Origin: Octopus sinensis
Lineage: Eukaryota
Direction of reading: 5' to 3'
Length of the DNA stretch: 64,000 nucleotides
Assembly (NCBI RefSeq): GCF_006345805.1
Contig: NC_043004.1
Coordinates: 61,690,001-61,754,000 of the forward strand
In this document: piece by piece, positions 42,115-55,906 of the stretch
Layout of the letters: each line of letters starts with the position of its first letter
How positions within the stretch are numbered: the stretch's first letter is position 1
Program-made: the position numbers and the translations under genes
Notes under the pieces: model-generated
Databases searched by the model: none
Seen by the model: the letters and a program-made list of their open reading frames with translations, nothing else
Told to the model about the DNA's origin: nothing

Positions 42115-42280
42115 AACTAAAGTTATTGAACAAACAAATGCAAGGTCATATATTTTTATATATTACTTTATATTATATGTTTACTTCCTAGGTATTGTAA
42201 GGTTTTTTAAAAAAAAAATTATTTTTCTGAATCGCTAAAGTATTAACTCTAAACTGTGATGAAATTTTTTTTCTCGTACC

Positions 42281-42337
<57 letters not shown>

Positions 42338-42556
42338 GCTTGTATGCTTGTACAGATGAATTATGTTCCATCTTGTGGGATGTTTATATGTATATTCTAT
42401 AATTGAATGTTCGAAATATGAAATGCTATGCGGATGATCTTGTATTGTTTGTTCAATAACTTTAGTTTGATATTTTTGTCTCTTTCAATAGAGCCCATCT
42501 ATAGCAGTCCTTTTAATCTTTTTGTTATTGACAAGAAACAATCACTGTATTATTGA

Positions 42557-42610
<54 letters not shown>

Positions 42611-42706
42611 CATATATATACCGGAATAAACACATAAATGTGAAACAAGGTGGAAAACATTTGTTAAATTTCTGCTGCTTCTAAATAAATTATATATATA
42701 TACATA

Positions 42707-43126
42707 GGCGCAGGAGTGGCCGTGTGTTAAGTAGATTGTTTACCAACCACATGGTTCCGGGTTCAGTCCCACTGCGTGGCATATTGGGCAAGTGTCTTCT
42801 ACTTGCCTCGGGCCGACCAAAGCCTTGTGAGTGGATCTGGTAGACGGTAACTGAAAAGAAGCCCGTCGTATATATGTATATATGTATATATGCGTGTGTG
42901 TGTGTTTGTGTGTCTGTGTTTGACCCCCTAGCATTGCTTGACAACCGATGCTGGTGTGTTTATGTCCCCGTTACTTAGCAGTTCGGCAAAAGTGACCGAT
43001 AGAATAAGCACTGGGCTTACAAAAAGAATAAGTCCCGGGGTCGATTTGCTCGATTAAAGGCGGTGCTCCAGCATGGCCGCAGTCAAATGACTGAAACAAG
43101 TAAAAGAGTGAAAGAGTAAAAGAGTA
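42707..43126 (+). mobile_element. full-length tRNA-derived SINE family 1 (CORE-like motif after the head)
   Basis: A-box-like TGGCCGTGTGTTAA, B-box-like GGTTCAGTCCC, TTGGGCAAGTGTCTT, central (TA)/(TG) tract, (AAAGAGT)n tail. Confidence 0.9.
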
Positions 43127-43129
43127 TAC

Positions 43130-43180
<51 letters not shown>

Positions 43181-43965
43181 CAGCTAACGGTAAATCCGTG
43201 TACATATAAAGGAGTGTAACCAGAACATTTCCAGCTAATAAATTAAATAATTAATTGAATCCGTTTGGGTTAATATTCAGTTTAGATCCGAGGGAAGAGG
43301 AAATATCAAATAGGTGTTTTCTTCGGGTAAATGTGGTAGCTATGAAGTGCAAACATCTACGGATTCTCATGTATTAGGCTGTTTAGCTGTAGTAAATTAC
43401 ACTATATTATACTCAATTATCCAATCGTACATAAAGGTTTACATTTCGAAATTTATAATTTAATCCATTGGATAGCGTTCAATAATGTTATTACTCTGTT
43501 TATTTGTAGGATGCGATTTAATTGCTAAGTGCTGGTATAAAGGATTAGCTAGTCGTGCGTGTATTTTCTAAAAATCCATTAAGGGAGGGGTTACTGGCCA
43601 TAGTACATAAGTTAGGTTTATGTATACTGTTACTTGTGGAAGTATGGGGTAACATGCTGTTGGTAGACCAGAACGGTGGGGTAACATACCGTTGGTAGAC
43701 CAGGACGATGGGGCATTCTTATTTGTACCTGTCTATACTCGTGATCCAGTAATCATACATATAAACTATAAATATATCTACAGATCCCCATATGCTTCAA
43801 TATTAATACTAATACTAAATAAGTATAGATTCACAAACGTATCCCTGTATGTACACCATTATATGCATGTAAAACCATGACTGAAAATTGAAGGCTTCGA
43901 ATGTCCCATCCATGTTTTTTGTATCGTCTCCTAAATGTTTTGCGTTCTTGTCCCAGTCTGTATTT

Positions 43966-44016
<51 letters not shown>

Positions 44017-44017
<1 letters not shown>

Positions 44018-44355
44018 ACAATTGCAGCGTGGAAGTTGTTTGTAAGCCATTTAAGAAACACACAAAAGCCGTTCGATTCACTTCAACATTATTTAAGTTT
44101 AATTTGTCAAAATATTTTCGTCGCTAAAATCCGCGACCTGTTCACTGACGAAAATCGGTGATGCATTTTTGTCAGTGAACAGGTCGCGGATTTTAGCGAC
44201 GAAAATATTTTGACAAATTAAACTTAAATGTTGAAGTGAATCGAACGGCTTTTGTGTGTTTCTTAAATGGCTTACAAACACCTTCCACGCTGCAATTGTT
44301 TTCGTTTCAGCACACGATCGCAGATCAAATCACTTGCTATGCGAGTACATCTCCG

Positions 44356-44357
<2 letters not shown>
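44017..44357 (+). mobile_element. (TA)n-embedded fold-back mini-element (about 137-bp arms, 9-nt loop, unique tail)
   Basis: 44017-44155 and 44165-44300 are reverse complements with 2 substitutions and a 3-nt indel; tail 44301-44357; (TA)n on both sides. Confidence 0.85.
44168..44217 (+). ncRNA. variant type-I hammerhead with G3-C8 core swap
   Basis: Stem I TTTGTCA/TGACAAA (7 bp), core GTGAACA plus an extra G, stem II GTCGC/GCGAC (8-nt loop), GAAA, palindromic stem III AATATT, UUU triplet. Confidence 0.55.
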
Positions 44358-44426
<69 letters not shown>

Positions 44427-44445
44427 CGGCGTACGTGCCATCTCT

Positions 44446-44487
<42 letters not shown>

Positions 44488-44495
44488 CACATATA

Positions 44496-44568
<73 letters not shown>

Positions 44569-44569
44569 T

Positions 44570-44625
<56 letters not shown>

Positions 44626-44917
44626 CGCCTGTGTGTATACATACATATATAATATATACACAAGTATATAGGCGCGCGTGTGTGTGTGTTTATTAGTATG
44701 TATGTATTCAGGAATGGGTATACTCATATGAGTCACTAATTGCATGTATTCATTACCGATTCACAGTCTCCGTATATTGAACAAAAATCACCAAGTTCTC
44801 ACACATGTTTACAATTTATTGTAAGTTATACACTATATAACATCATTGAAAGTTTTCACTTCTTTTATAGAATTTTTACCCAGTGAGATACACACGCGAA
44901 AAACGTATTTCTTTATA

Positions 44918-46187
44918 CGAGGGGCGTTCAATAAGTAATGCCCCTGACCCACTTGCAGTTGTTTGATCTAGCTGACATTTTGCATGTGCACTTATTTATA
45001 CCTCTATAGAGTAAGTGGCAAATGACAGCTCTGAACTAATTGTGGTTTCTGATTTACAGGTGTTTGAACCGAGTCAGGTGTGAAATGGAGCCTGTTGAGT
45101 GTCGAGCAGTGATCCGGTTTTTGTATTTGAAAGGACGCACACCACGGGAGACTTTTGATGAAATGAAAGTAACTTATGGTGATGATGCCCCATCATATGA
45201 CCTTGTAAAACGCTGGCATTGTGAATTCAAACATAGTCGGAACTCTGTGGAAACAGCTCCCAGATCTGGTCGCCCCCTTCTGCCGTTGATGAGACGTCTG
45301 TCCGTCAAGCTGAGGCTGCCATTTTGGAAGGTCAACCCATAACTATTCGCCAAATAGCCCATAAGGTCAAGATTAGTACCGGGTCTGTGGAAACTATCAT
45401 TTCTGACCATTTGCATATGCAAAAGGTGTCTGCCAGATGGATTTCCAGGTTGCTCACACCTTTCCAGAAGCAAGAACGCGTTGAGTGCGCGAGGATGAAT
45501 TTGGAGATGTGCCAAGAAGATGAGTCAAAAGTTTTCAAAAGAATGATCACACAGGATAAAACCTGGGTCCATCACTATGATCCAGAGACCAAAGCCCAGT
45601 CAATGCAGTGAAAGCACCGTGACTCACCTCCTCCAAAGAAGGCAAGGGTGCAGCCCTCCGCTGACAAGGTTATGCTCACAGTCTTCTGGGACCAGGACGG
45701 AGTAGTGATGACAGATTTCCTGGCAAAGGGTACCACAATTACAGGAGGCTATTATGCTTCACTTTTGAGGAAATTAAGAGAAGCTATCGAAATCAAGAGG
45801 CGGGGCAAGATCAGCAAAGGCATCCTCCTCCTGCAGGACAACGCTCCGGTCCACAACTCGCTTGTCGCCAGATCAGAAGCACAGGCGTGCAGCTATGAAC
45901 TCCTCCCCTTGCACTCTCTAATTTTCCCCTCTTCCCAGCCATGAAGTTGATTTTGAAAGGAAAGCGTTTCCCAGATGATGCAGCCTTGATTTCTGAAGTC
46001 ACGTCGTGGTTGGAGGACCAAGCTGGGGTCTTCTACAAAAACGGTCTCCAGAGCTGTATCAAACGATGGGAGAAATGCATAACTCTGGGTAGTTCCTATG
46101 TATGAAAAGACTAATAACTGTGCCAAGTGTCGTTGCTCTACTGCTAGGGGAAGTAGGTCAGGGGCATTACTTATTGAACGCCCCTCG
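44918..46187 (+). mobile_element. full-length mariner element (1270 bp), inactive
   Basis: TIRs CGAGGGGCGTTCAATAAGTAATGCCCCTGACC and its reverse complement at 46156-46187; TA on both sides; encloses transposase remnants. Confidence 0.95.
45085..46105 (+). pseudogene. mariner DD34D transposase pseudogene
   Basis: MEPVECRAVIRFL..., ARWISRLLT, TQDKTWVHHYDPE, VMLTVFWD, LLQDNAPVH, KRWEKCI. Frameshift near 45290, stop at 45609-45611, YSPD motif deleted near 45908. Confidence 0.9.
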
Positions 46188-46439
46188 TATATATATATAA
46201 TTTTATTATTTTATACGTATACTTATACATACGTACATATTTTATACACATAATTAACTGGTTGAATGGATGGATTGTTTCTTTTTTTTTCTATAGACCA
46301 GTTTGTTTATTATCTCAGATACATGGCTTCAAAAATTCAATTACAAATTTGATTTTTGTTATGGGTAATTATCAATAATTAGAAATGCACGATCAAAAAT
46401 CAACAAGAAATGTCAGTACATATGGGTTCTTTAAATATT

Positions 46440-46630
<191 letters not shown>

Positions 46631-46818
46631 TCAAAGATATATTGTATTGACGAACGTTGTGCATATGATTGCATGATAGTCTTTGAATATGGTTATCTAC
46701 CTTAACAAAACTAACGTCAAAGTTGCATATAAATACATATCTCTGCTTGCATATATCCATACACACGCACAGACAAACACAGACACATACACACACTCAT
46801 ATATATATATATATATAT

Positions 46819-46863
<45 letters not shown>

Positions 46864-47014
46864 TGTGTGTGTATGTGTGTGTGTTTGTGTATGTGTGTGT
46901 CAGTGTGCATTTCAATATATATATACAAATAGCACCAGAACGCAAAAATAGCAGAGAGAAGTCGAATACGACCACACATTTTCACTGACACACATTAATA
47001 GAAATAAGAGAAAG

Positions 47015-48146
47015 AACAGAAATTCTGAGCATCCCTTACGAATCACGAACAGAATCGTAAATTGAAAACTCATGCATATTCGTAAGACTCGTTGATGAGA
47101 ACCAAGGGTCGTCTTAGAATTTCTGCTCATTCCACCGATTTCAATTAATCTATATCAGTGATAATGTGTGGTTGTAGTTGCCTACTGACCTTTATTTTAA
47201 GCTAACTGGAGCTATTTGTAGCATCCTTAATTATTAATTAATAAATTTTCACCTTGAGTGTTTTTACGCATATTTTGTCACTTGATGTTATTGTAAACAA
47301 TAATATCCTTATATATATATGTCAATATTCACTTATTTGATATTTCAAAATTTGCTGCGGCATTAAAAATGGTAATCGCATATATTGTTTGAGATAGGCA
47401 TGCTCTATGACTCTCGGGTCAGTAGCACTAGCTGATGAGAACTAGGTGGCATCTCCACAAAGTTTTAAAATATTTACGCTACGAGTATACTCTTTACTCT
47501 TTTACTTGTTTCAGTCATTTGACTGCGGCCATGCTGGAGCACCGCCTTTAGTCGAGCAACTCGACCCCGAGACTTATTCTTTGTAAGCCCAGTACTTATT
47601 CTATCGGTCTCTTTTGCCGAACCGCTAAGTGACGGGGACGTAAACACACCAGCATCGGTTGTGAAGCAATGCTAGGGGACAAACACAGACACACAATCAC
47701 ACACACTCATATATATATACATATATACGACAGGCGTCTTTCAGTTTCTGTCTACCAAATCCACTCACAAGGCATTGGTCGGCTCGGGGCTATAGCAGAA
47801 GACACTTGCCCAAGATGCCACGCAGTTGGACTGAACCCGGAACCATGTGGTTGGTTAGCAAGCTACTTACCACACAGCCACTCCAGCATGGCTTTTCAAT
47901 TTTTGATTCTTGTCGTTATTGGTACACTGGCTTAGAATTTCTGCTCAATCTTCCGATTTCAATTCATGTGCATCAGTGGAAATTTGTGACCATGGTCGTT
48001 CTGTGACTTTTAGTTTTAGGGTGCTAGTGCTTCATGTAGCACACTTAGTTATTTATTAATAATGTTTGCACCTAATTATACTTTTTTACGCAAGCTCTGC
48101 ATTTGATATTATTGTAAGCAATAATTTCCTTTTATATTTATATATC
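47015..48146. repeat. old direct repeat (47113-47322 and 47931-48146) plus an inverted segment (47015-47075 vs 47887-47945), interrupted by a SINE
   Basis: Shared CTTAGAATTTCTGCTCA..CCGATTTCAATT..ATCAGTG and TTATTGTAA.CAATAAT blocks; GAATC..AAATTGAAAA..CATGC is present in inverted orientation. Confidence 0.6.
47488..47884 (-). mobile_element. near full-length SINE family 1
   Basis: Reverse complement of 42707-43126 over its whole length. Confidence 0.9.
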
Positions 48147-49416
48147 CATCCCTCCATGCATCCATCTATCCATTCATACATACATACATACATACATACA
48201 TACATACATACATACAGACAGACAGACAGACAGACAGAGGCACATACATACGTGCATAATGCATGCATACATACGTACATACATACATTTTGTTTCGCTT
48301 CTTCGTAGCAGTTAAGTAGATCATTATTCAAATCATAACTCCAGCTAGAAACAATTTGTTTACCTGTTTAGCTGCTGTTTTCGTTCAGTTACTCGATTGT
48401 GTTGTTGATGTTGCATCCAGCCATGTTGTTTGTATGGAATATTCAAATTGCAGTCGAAACTCAATTCAATCGCGAATATAGGCTCCCTCAGTTAATTAAC
48501 CACTAATATAACAAGGCTGATATTTATGACTCCATATTTGGAGATAGTGTTCATCGTATTTTCGATAAATAGTCTGCCACAACAAATATGCGACTTTTCG
48601 CTTCGAATGTGTGTATGTGTTACAAGTTCAGGTTTATACCTGTAATTATTGGGGCCCTGGGATATGTAACTCACTGCCTAAATACCAATCATGAGAAATT
48701 TGACTTCTAGAAACCAGAAAGCAGGAAGCTAACTTAAAGACTACAGAAGCAATCCATCACTGGAACTATAAATATCTCCAGAACTTTCCAGAAGTTTATC
48801 CTTTAAATGTATATGAGCTTGCCTAGATATGCAACTATATGCATGATAATGCACGTATAAAACATACAAATCTACACATTCATCCATACATACATAAATA
48901 CATACATACATAATTACTTACATTCATACACTCATATACATACATACATAAACATATGCATACATAAATACATACACACACATACATGCCTAAACATATG
49001 CATACATAGATACATTCAAAAATACCCTTTTTATGTTGAAATTCCAATGAAGGAATTTTAGATCTGGGCTAGAAACCTGTTCTTTCTCTATTGGCAAGAA
49101 ATCTTGATATAAACTGAATAATGACATGCATACATATACCTATATGTGCATGTGCGCGCGTGTGAGATTGTATGAAAATATACATTAAGGGTAAAACATG
49201 ATTCCAGCTGGCTTAAGAGAATAAATATTCCAAATTATTGAAAAACGAATGGAACAACATTAATCTATCAATTTGTAAGAAATTAATTCAGTTAGGAGAT
49301 CATAGATAGTAAAGGGATGTTCACGAGATATTGGTAATAAGCTTTTTCTTTTGTTCTTGTACAATTTTCCATTGTTTTTCTAAGTGGCAGGTATCCCCGC
49401 TAGCGGGACTCGCTAC

Positions 49417-49462
49417 CCTGGACTGATGACGGGCAAGACCCAGAAATATGCTTGTCTTCATG
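49417..49462 (+). ncRNA. decayed type-I hammerhead-like motif in a GC-rich island (about 49385-49630)
   Basis: CCTGGA-CTGATGA-C-GGG/CCC-A-GAAA-TATGCTTG-TC-TTCATG: intact core nucleotides and GUC triplet, imperfect stems I, II and III. Confidence 0.45.
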
Positions 49463-49630
49463 TTGCTAGTCCTAGTTGATCGGGGCGCTTGCCTCCCCTT
49501 TGCAAATATAAGGACACAGGAAATGTGTCAAAGCCGACAGGAAGCGTCGATGCTTCTTAGGGCTGTATAGCAATGGTGTGATTCCCTTTACGGGACTGTC
49601 ACGTTATGTTGACAACCACTATACAACCAC

Positions 49631-49702
<72 letters not shown>

Positions 49703-50117
49703 TGTGTGTGTGTGTGGTAAAATAAAGATTCAGAATCGGGTACTTGGAAAGATGTGCACCAGGTAGTGTTGGATAGACCTATGGTTGTTAAGTATCAAAT
49801 AGAATATTCCGATTGTGTACACAAAGAAAATCAACCATATAAATATGTAGCGCGTAGGACAGGTCCAAATCAGGCTTTACATTGAATTGCACATTGTTGG
49901 TATACACTAGGGTCTCCGAAAAATTGTAAATTTCTTTGGTGTATTATAATCAAATGAATCAAAACAGATGAAGGACAATTGTCAGCTTCTTAAAGCTGTT
50001 TCTTATGTATTGCTTGGCGTACACGTTCCTAGATCTTCATGGTCGTCTATAGGGAAAATCTTTAAGAAACTGTTGTAAGAAAGTCACAATTATCCATCGT
50101 CTGTTATTGTACATTTG

Positions 50118-50170
<53 letters not shown>

Positions 50171-50901
50171 TGCATATATACATATGGCCGCAGTCAAATG
50201 ACCGAAACATGCAAAACAAGGTACTCATATACATATAGCGTAGGGAATCGGAAAAGAAAGAGAGAAAAAGCAGCAAGCCTGAAATTTAAATTCCTCACAT
50301 AGACACATGCAACTCATGCAAACACACAGGCGCTCGTGCACAGAAATGTACTCACACACACACAGACTACGCACACGCAGGCATATGCACGCATGTTTAT
50401 GTCTTTGAGCCTATCGTGTATTTTGAATTTCCGCACCTATGAATATGTAGATTTGAATATAAAAATCGATTCATGCTGTTTGCTTTTACTGCCCATTTCA
50501 TCTGATCAATGAAATAACGATGTGTAAATATTTCCTGTATCCATAGTATATGTTCCTCACCTCTGAATTTTCTTGTTCAGAAAGATATCAACCGCAGAAT
50601 GTTGTCCTATTTAGTTTCTATTCGTTTAGAAACTTCTCTCTTTGAATGTCATAATTTGACAGAACCCTTAAAGCCAGCACATGCGGGGAATAATTGATCA
50701 GCTTTAAGGTATCAAAGAGAGCATGGCTTATATCATATAATAACAGGCTTATCAAAGTGTTTCCATGCGATCAGTTTTGACAAGGATACGTTTATGTTTC
50801 ATATGGTATAAAGACCCCTTAATCATACAGCGACACACTCACACACACACATATATATATATACATATAGTTGTGGGTGTGCGTATTCATATATGATGTT
50901 C

Positions 50902-50954
<53 letters not shown>

Positions 50955-51611
50955 TTGTGTATGTATGTATATATATACACATAAATGCATGCATATGTAT
51001 ATATATATATATAGATAGATAGATGTATATATACACACAAACACACGCACGAACACACATACAAACACGCACACATATATAAATGCGTGTAAAATAAATC
51101 ACTGTTATACTACGTCAACGTTGGGGATTTAAATTATGCAAATCACGCAAGAATATGCGAAAATGCATTGAAATAACTACAGGAAATTTCATCTTTTCTC
51201 TCTCAAGAGATGCACATAAAATATTTGAATTATACATAATAGTTTTGAAATTGATGCGTACATATTTATGATATCGTTGACGATATATTAATAGGAGCCT
51301 AAGAAATATGAAACTTACAGAATTCCAATTAATGTCTGACATTAATTGTGTTATGCTAAAATTTAGATTATTTAATTGTTTAGATTCGAAGCAATTAATG
51401 TCAGATAATATTTATCTTTGCCCCACACACAGACACATACGTACATGCACCCATACACACTCACACACATACATAAGTATGCGTGTATATATGTATATAT
51501 ATCTTTCGCTATTGGACTAGATAGGTTGCTAAGCCATCATTGATACATACATACATGTGTGTCTCTTTGTGCGTGTGTGTATATATATCTATCTATCTAT
51601 CTGTCTGTCTG

Positions 51612-51711
<100 letters not shown>

Positions 51712-52094
51712 CCATACAGACACACACACACACACATAGATACATATATATATATATATTTATATATATACATATATACATATATATGTATCTTTTCAAT
51801 AATAATAAAGAGTAAATTTAATTCATTAATTAATAATTAATAATTTAACCGAGTAGTTCCTTGTGTTAAAATAATCTTTATCGGTTCCCTTATACAAAAA
51901 TTCTAGAATTATAAGCATAATTATAATTAGGGTTCACCAAATTGCTTCACCACATACCGAAATTTAGAAATAGAAATTAAATACTATTGCTCTACCTTAC
52001 GATATCTCCCAGACAGCAATACTCTTAGTTTACGTAGGTAACGAAAAAGAAATAACGAATCTACCCGACTTTGAGTATATGTATACATATAAGT

Positions 52095-52097
52095 ATG

Positions 52098-52167
<70 letters not shown>

Positions 52168-52183
52168 TATAGATAGATAGATT

Positions 52184-52252
<69 letters not shown>

Positions 52253-52345
52253 GTAGATAGGTAGATAGATAGATAGATAGATAGATATAGATATATGTGT
52301 GTGTTTTGATCTATAGATAGATAGATAGATAGATAGATGATTATG
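52095..52345. repeat. compound (TA)n-(TAGA)n microsatellite
   Basis: Direct reading. Confidence 0.95.
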
Positions 52346-52384
52346 TATCTAACGTTTTCATCTCTCTAGGAGATAAACCTCATT

Positions 52385-52830
52385 TACGATTTATTTACAA
52401 GTAATTTTGCTATTCTTCACACATCAAACAGAGCATTGAATATTGTATGGCATAATGTATTTGTGCAACGGTACTTGATCCGAAAATAAGTCAGATTCGA
52501 TACAGTATATGCAGAGACTTCACAAAAAGCAAAAAGCAGAATTTTTTTTTAATATCAAAAGATTAAATTATGAAGACGATAATACTAGAGAACATGCAAC
52601 AGAAAACACTCCTCCCAAATTGAAGAAAATACTATTCCATTTACTAACACACATAATCCAGGAGTGACCGATATGTATCACACTACAAAATCTAACCAGA
52701 AGTACTCTTACAATGTTCCAATATGAAAGATCTGATTTATGAGACCTTGTAGGGAACAGTGAATGGCCACTAAAAAATCTTAAAAGACATGACATGAGGC
52801 CAAAATTCAAATCAGGGGATAATTCAGAAT
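52385..52830 (+). mobile_element. decayed Penelope-like element fragment (RT thumb/linker region)
   Basis: Remnant translations HIKQSIEYCMA*CICATVLDP, TIPFTNTHNP and KNLKR..RPKF resemble PLE motifs (IPYxLARRI, IPFxxTYNP, RQPxNLK..RAKF). Confidence 0.55.
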
Positions 52831-52869
52831 TCTCTGTCGTAGGTTGCATACATATACATATACACACAT

Positions 52870-52909
<40 letters not shown>

Positions 52910-53039
52910 TGATATATATATGTGTGTGTGTGTGCGTGTTTCCTTCTCACCACCGTCTGACGGTGAATGGATAAATGCAAATATAAACCTACCTATATAT
53001 AGATACAGGCATACACAATCATATAAACACGTATACACA

Positions 53040-53096
<57 letters not shown>

Positions 53097-53527
53097 GTAT
53101 AATCTTAAAGTACGCACAGGTATGCTCTTATTCATATACACAAATGTATGTCACTATTTTCGTGGAGGACGGTTAAAATTCAAGTCTTTTTAATAAAAAA
53201 TATTTCTATTTATATATCTAATATATAATATATACATATATCTCCACACATACTCATGCGTACATGCATGTTCACACTCATACACACGCATATTCTCACA
53301 CAACATATAACACATGTTCACACACGTACATACGTATTAAACTATGTACATACATACAATTATATATAACTACATATATGTATTTCAGTTTAATGCATCT
53401 AAACAAGTATGTATGGATTTCTACGTGTAAATGAGTGATGATAGATGGGTACACCGGCGTGGAATCTGGGTGTTATTCCATAGATATAGAGATATAGCTA
53501 TACACACACACACATATATATATGCGT

Positions 53528-53564
<37 letters not shown>

Positions 53565-54069
53565 GTGTGTGTGTGTTTGTGTGTATTGGTACTACAACAC
53601 AATAGAGAAGAGAAGAAATAAACAAAAACTGTGCGTTTTTTTCTAGCTGTATAGATGACCGTGAAGCAAAGCACTGTTTAGTGGGAGTTAACTCAATCAC
53701 CGTGATTGCAAATATGTGTCGTATTATGAGATTAATATTCCGATATTGAATGGTCTAAGGTTGCTGCCGATATGCAAATTTGCCAGAAACATTTTATAAA
53801 ATGTAACTTTAGAAATATAAAAGTGAATGAAATATAACACATTGAAGAATCGTATGAAAGAATATCTTTAACGTGTCATATGTTAATTGGGGCAGTATGT
53901 GATACTCCCTGACGTATGTGAAAGTTATTGCTTTCTCTTAATCTTCATAAATCTCAATGAAATTGAATCATATATGTAACGTATTGAACACAAATAGAAA
54001 AATGGCAATAAATGCGCAGGAAATGAAATTTTTCATACTTCATAAATTTATGGCTACATGACAGCAATC

Positions 54070-55320
54070 TTTGGATAAATGTTGTTGATGTTTATGTATT
54101 GTTGAATATAACTGCACTATATAGAACACGTGTACTGCATCTACCGATAACCTCAAACGTCGAAAAATATACGGCAGGAAAAGCCAAGGCAGTAATGATG
54201 CAAAGGTACTCGAATCATCGGAACATCCGGGAAAATTCCCCAAAGGTACGAACAGGGAGGAAATGGCAAGCGGAAAAAGCAGTAAACAACGCGATGGTAA
54301 AGATAAGGCATGCCGATATTGTCAGAGCGATGCAAAGAAAGAAGTGTCGGTCTAGGGTTGCGCAATATCAAACCATTTTGCATCAGCAATGTAAAAGAGA
54401 TGAAAGGGGCAGTGATAGACGAAGTGAGAAAGGAAGATAAAGAAAGGTGAAAAGTAGAATGTAGTCATCAGGGAAAGAGCCTGATATTGGTGGAATATGT
54501 GGACAGAATCTCCTGGAAGAGGCTTTCAGCTTGGGAACAAGCAAGAACATCCGTTCTGATCAATTCTACCTTCGACGTTTTCCTTTCACCGGCCATTTTA
54601 GTCCGGTGGAATATACAAAATACTTATAAATGTAGATGCGGAGGGAAAGCGACGGTTTGACATATTTTGTCAAACTGCAGACTAGCACCAGACAGATATA
54701 TATCGCATTACAATCAAGCCCCTGGTATCATAATCACAGCAATCAAGAAGATCGTGGGATATAATATGGGAGAGTACCCAAAAGTGGAAAAGCGTGGAAG
54801 GATATATTTTCAGAAGGAGGAAAAATTATATAAGGCCAGGCCTTTAAGAAAATCATACGAAGCTGACGAAAGAATGAAGGGATCCTGGGAGCTGGCTGTG
54901 GATTTGGAAAGACTTAATATTTCCACCCATAAAAACAACAAAAGGACCGGTCTTAATCGTATGGAACACAGCGAAAACTTGGAATTTTGCTAGATCTGAC
55001 AGTGGCATGGGAAGAGAACATCGCTGATGCAGAGCAAGGGAAGGATAGGAGGTATGAAATATATAATCAAAGAGGGCGGAGAACAGGGGTGGACTGTCGA
55101 GTATTACCACCTGGCGGTGGGGGCTAGAGGCTTCATTGAAAGAAAAATGGCGACGTTATTTCAAAGGTTTGCATTTTCGAGCTCAGCTGCAAAATGTAAC
55201 AAAGAGAATACAGGAGGCAACGTCAGCTTCTATCTATGGCTGGAACGGGAAGACTTGAAATGGCTCGAAAACCATATCATACCGACTGGGAAACAATGTC
55301 GCTAGGTGAAACTGGCTGCC
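54070..55320 (+). mobile_element. HERO-like RLE non-LTR retrotransposon 3' fragment, decayed (3' UTR may extend to about 55745)
   Basis: NITALYRTRVLHLPITS..., KVRTGRKWQAEKAV, WELAVDL, GWTVEYYHLAVGARGF and SFYLWLERED match the HERO C-terminal layout as I recall it. Confidence 0.7.
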
Positions 55321-55847
55321 ACACAGCTAGCTGGCTTTGACTGCCGGAACTGAAACTAACACGACTCTGTTGAAAGGTAGGTCTAGAGTGGGCGAGGACC
55401 AAAATTATGTGCACTTCCTCTCCACTGCTCAGTTAAAGCTTACATTTGTCGCGTGTCAGGTAGCTGGCAATGGCTGCTGGATCCTACTTGGAGGTATTTA
55501 AAGGGAAATTTGGCAGGATGGTTATTCGCCGGCTGACATCCCAAAAGTCACAGAACCAAAGGGAAAAGAATAAGGAAGAAACGCGCTCAACACAAGAGCT
55601 GAAGACACCACGTCGAAAACAGTTGAGATATATGGGCCGAAACTGAATGTGGTTCCTCCTGGTGGTGTTCTTAACCAGTGGATTCTATAATGGAGCTGTT
55701 GATGTAGCGATCCACGAATCGTAGTTGGAATTCCACCTGTCAATGTAAGAAGAATTTCTTAATGAGAATTTCTTGAAAATAATATTTTTCTATGAAGTTT
55801 ATCGCTGGCTTTATCACAACTGTGGAAAAGCTGTTGTCCCACTGGGA

Positions 55848-55904
<57 letters not shown>

Positions 55905-55906
55905 TA

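Noticed and set aside
43170-43870. possible decayed GIY-YIG remnant on the minus strand, with a 32-bp tandem duplication at 43645-43712
   Set aside because: Only fragmentary motif resemblance (PALSN, KCKPLC) across many stops.
50660-50770. two ATCAAAG (TCF/LEF-like) sites and a TAATTG
   Set aside because: Short motifs expected by chance in AT-rich DNA; no independent support.
55584-55630. CTGAAGA...GAAA downstream of the HERO fragment
   Set aside because: Stem II is 2 bp with a C-C closing mismatch, there is no NUH site and no stem I partner.
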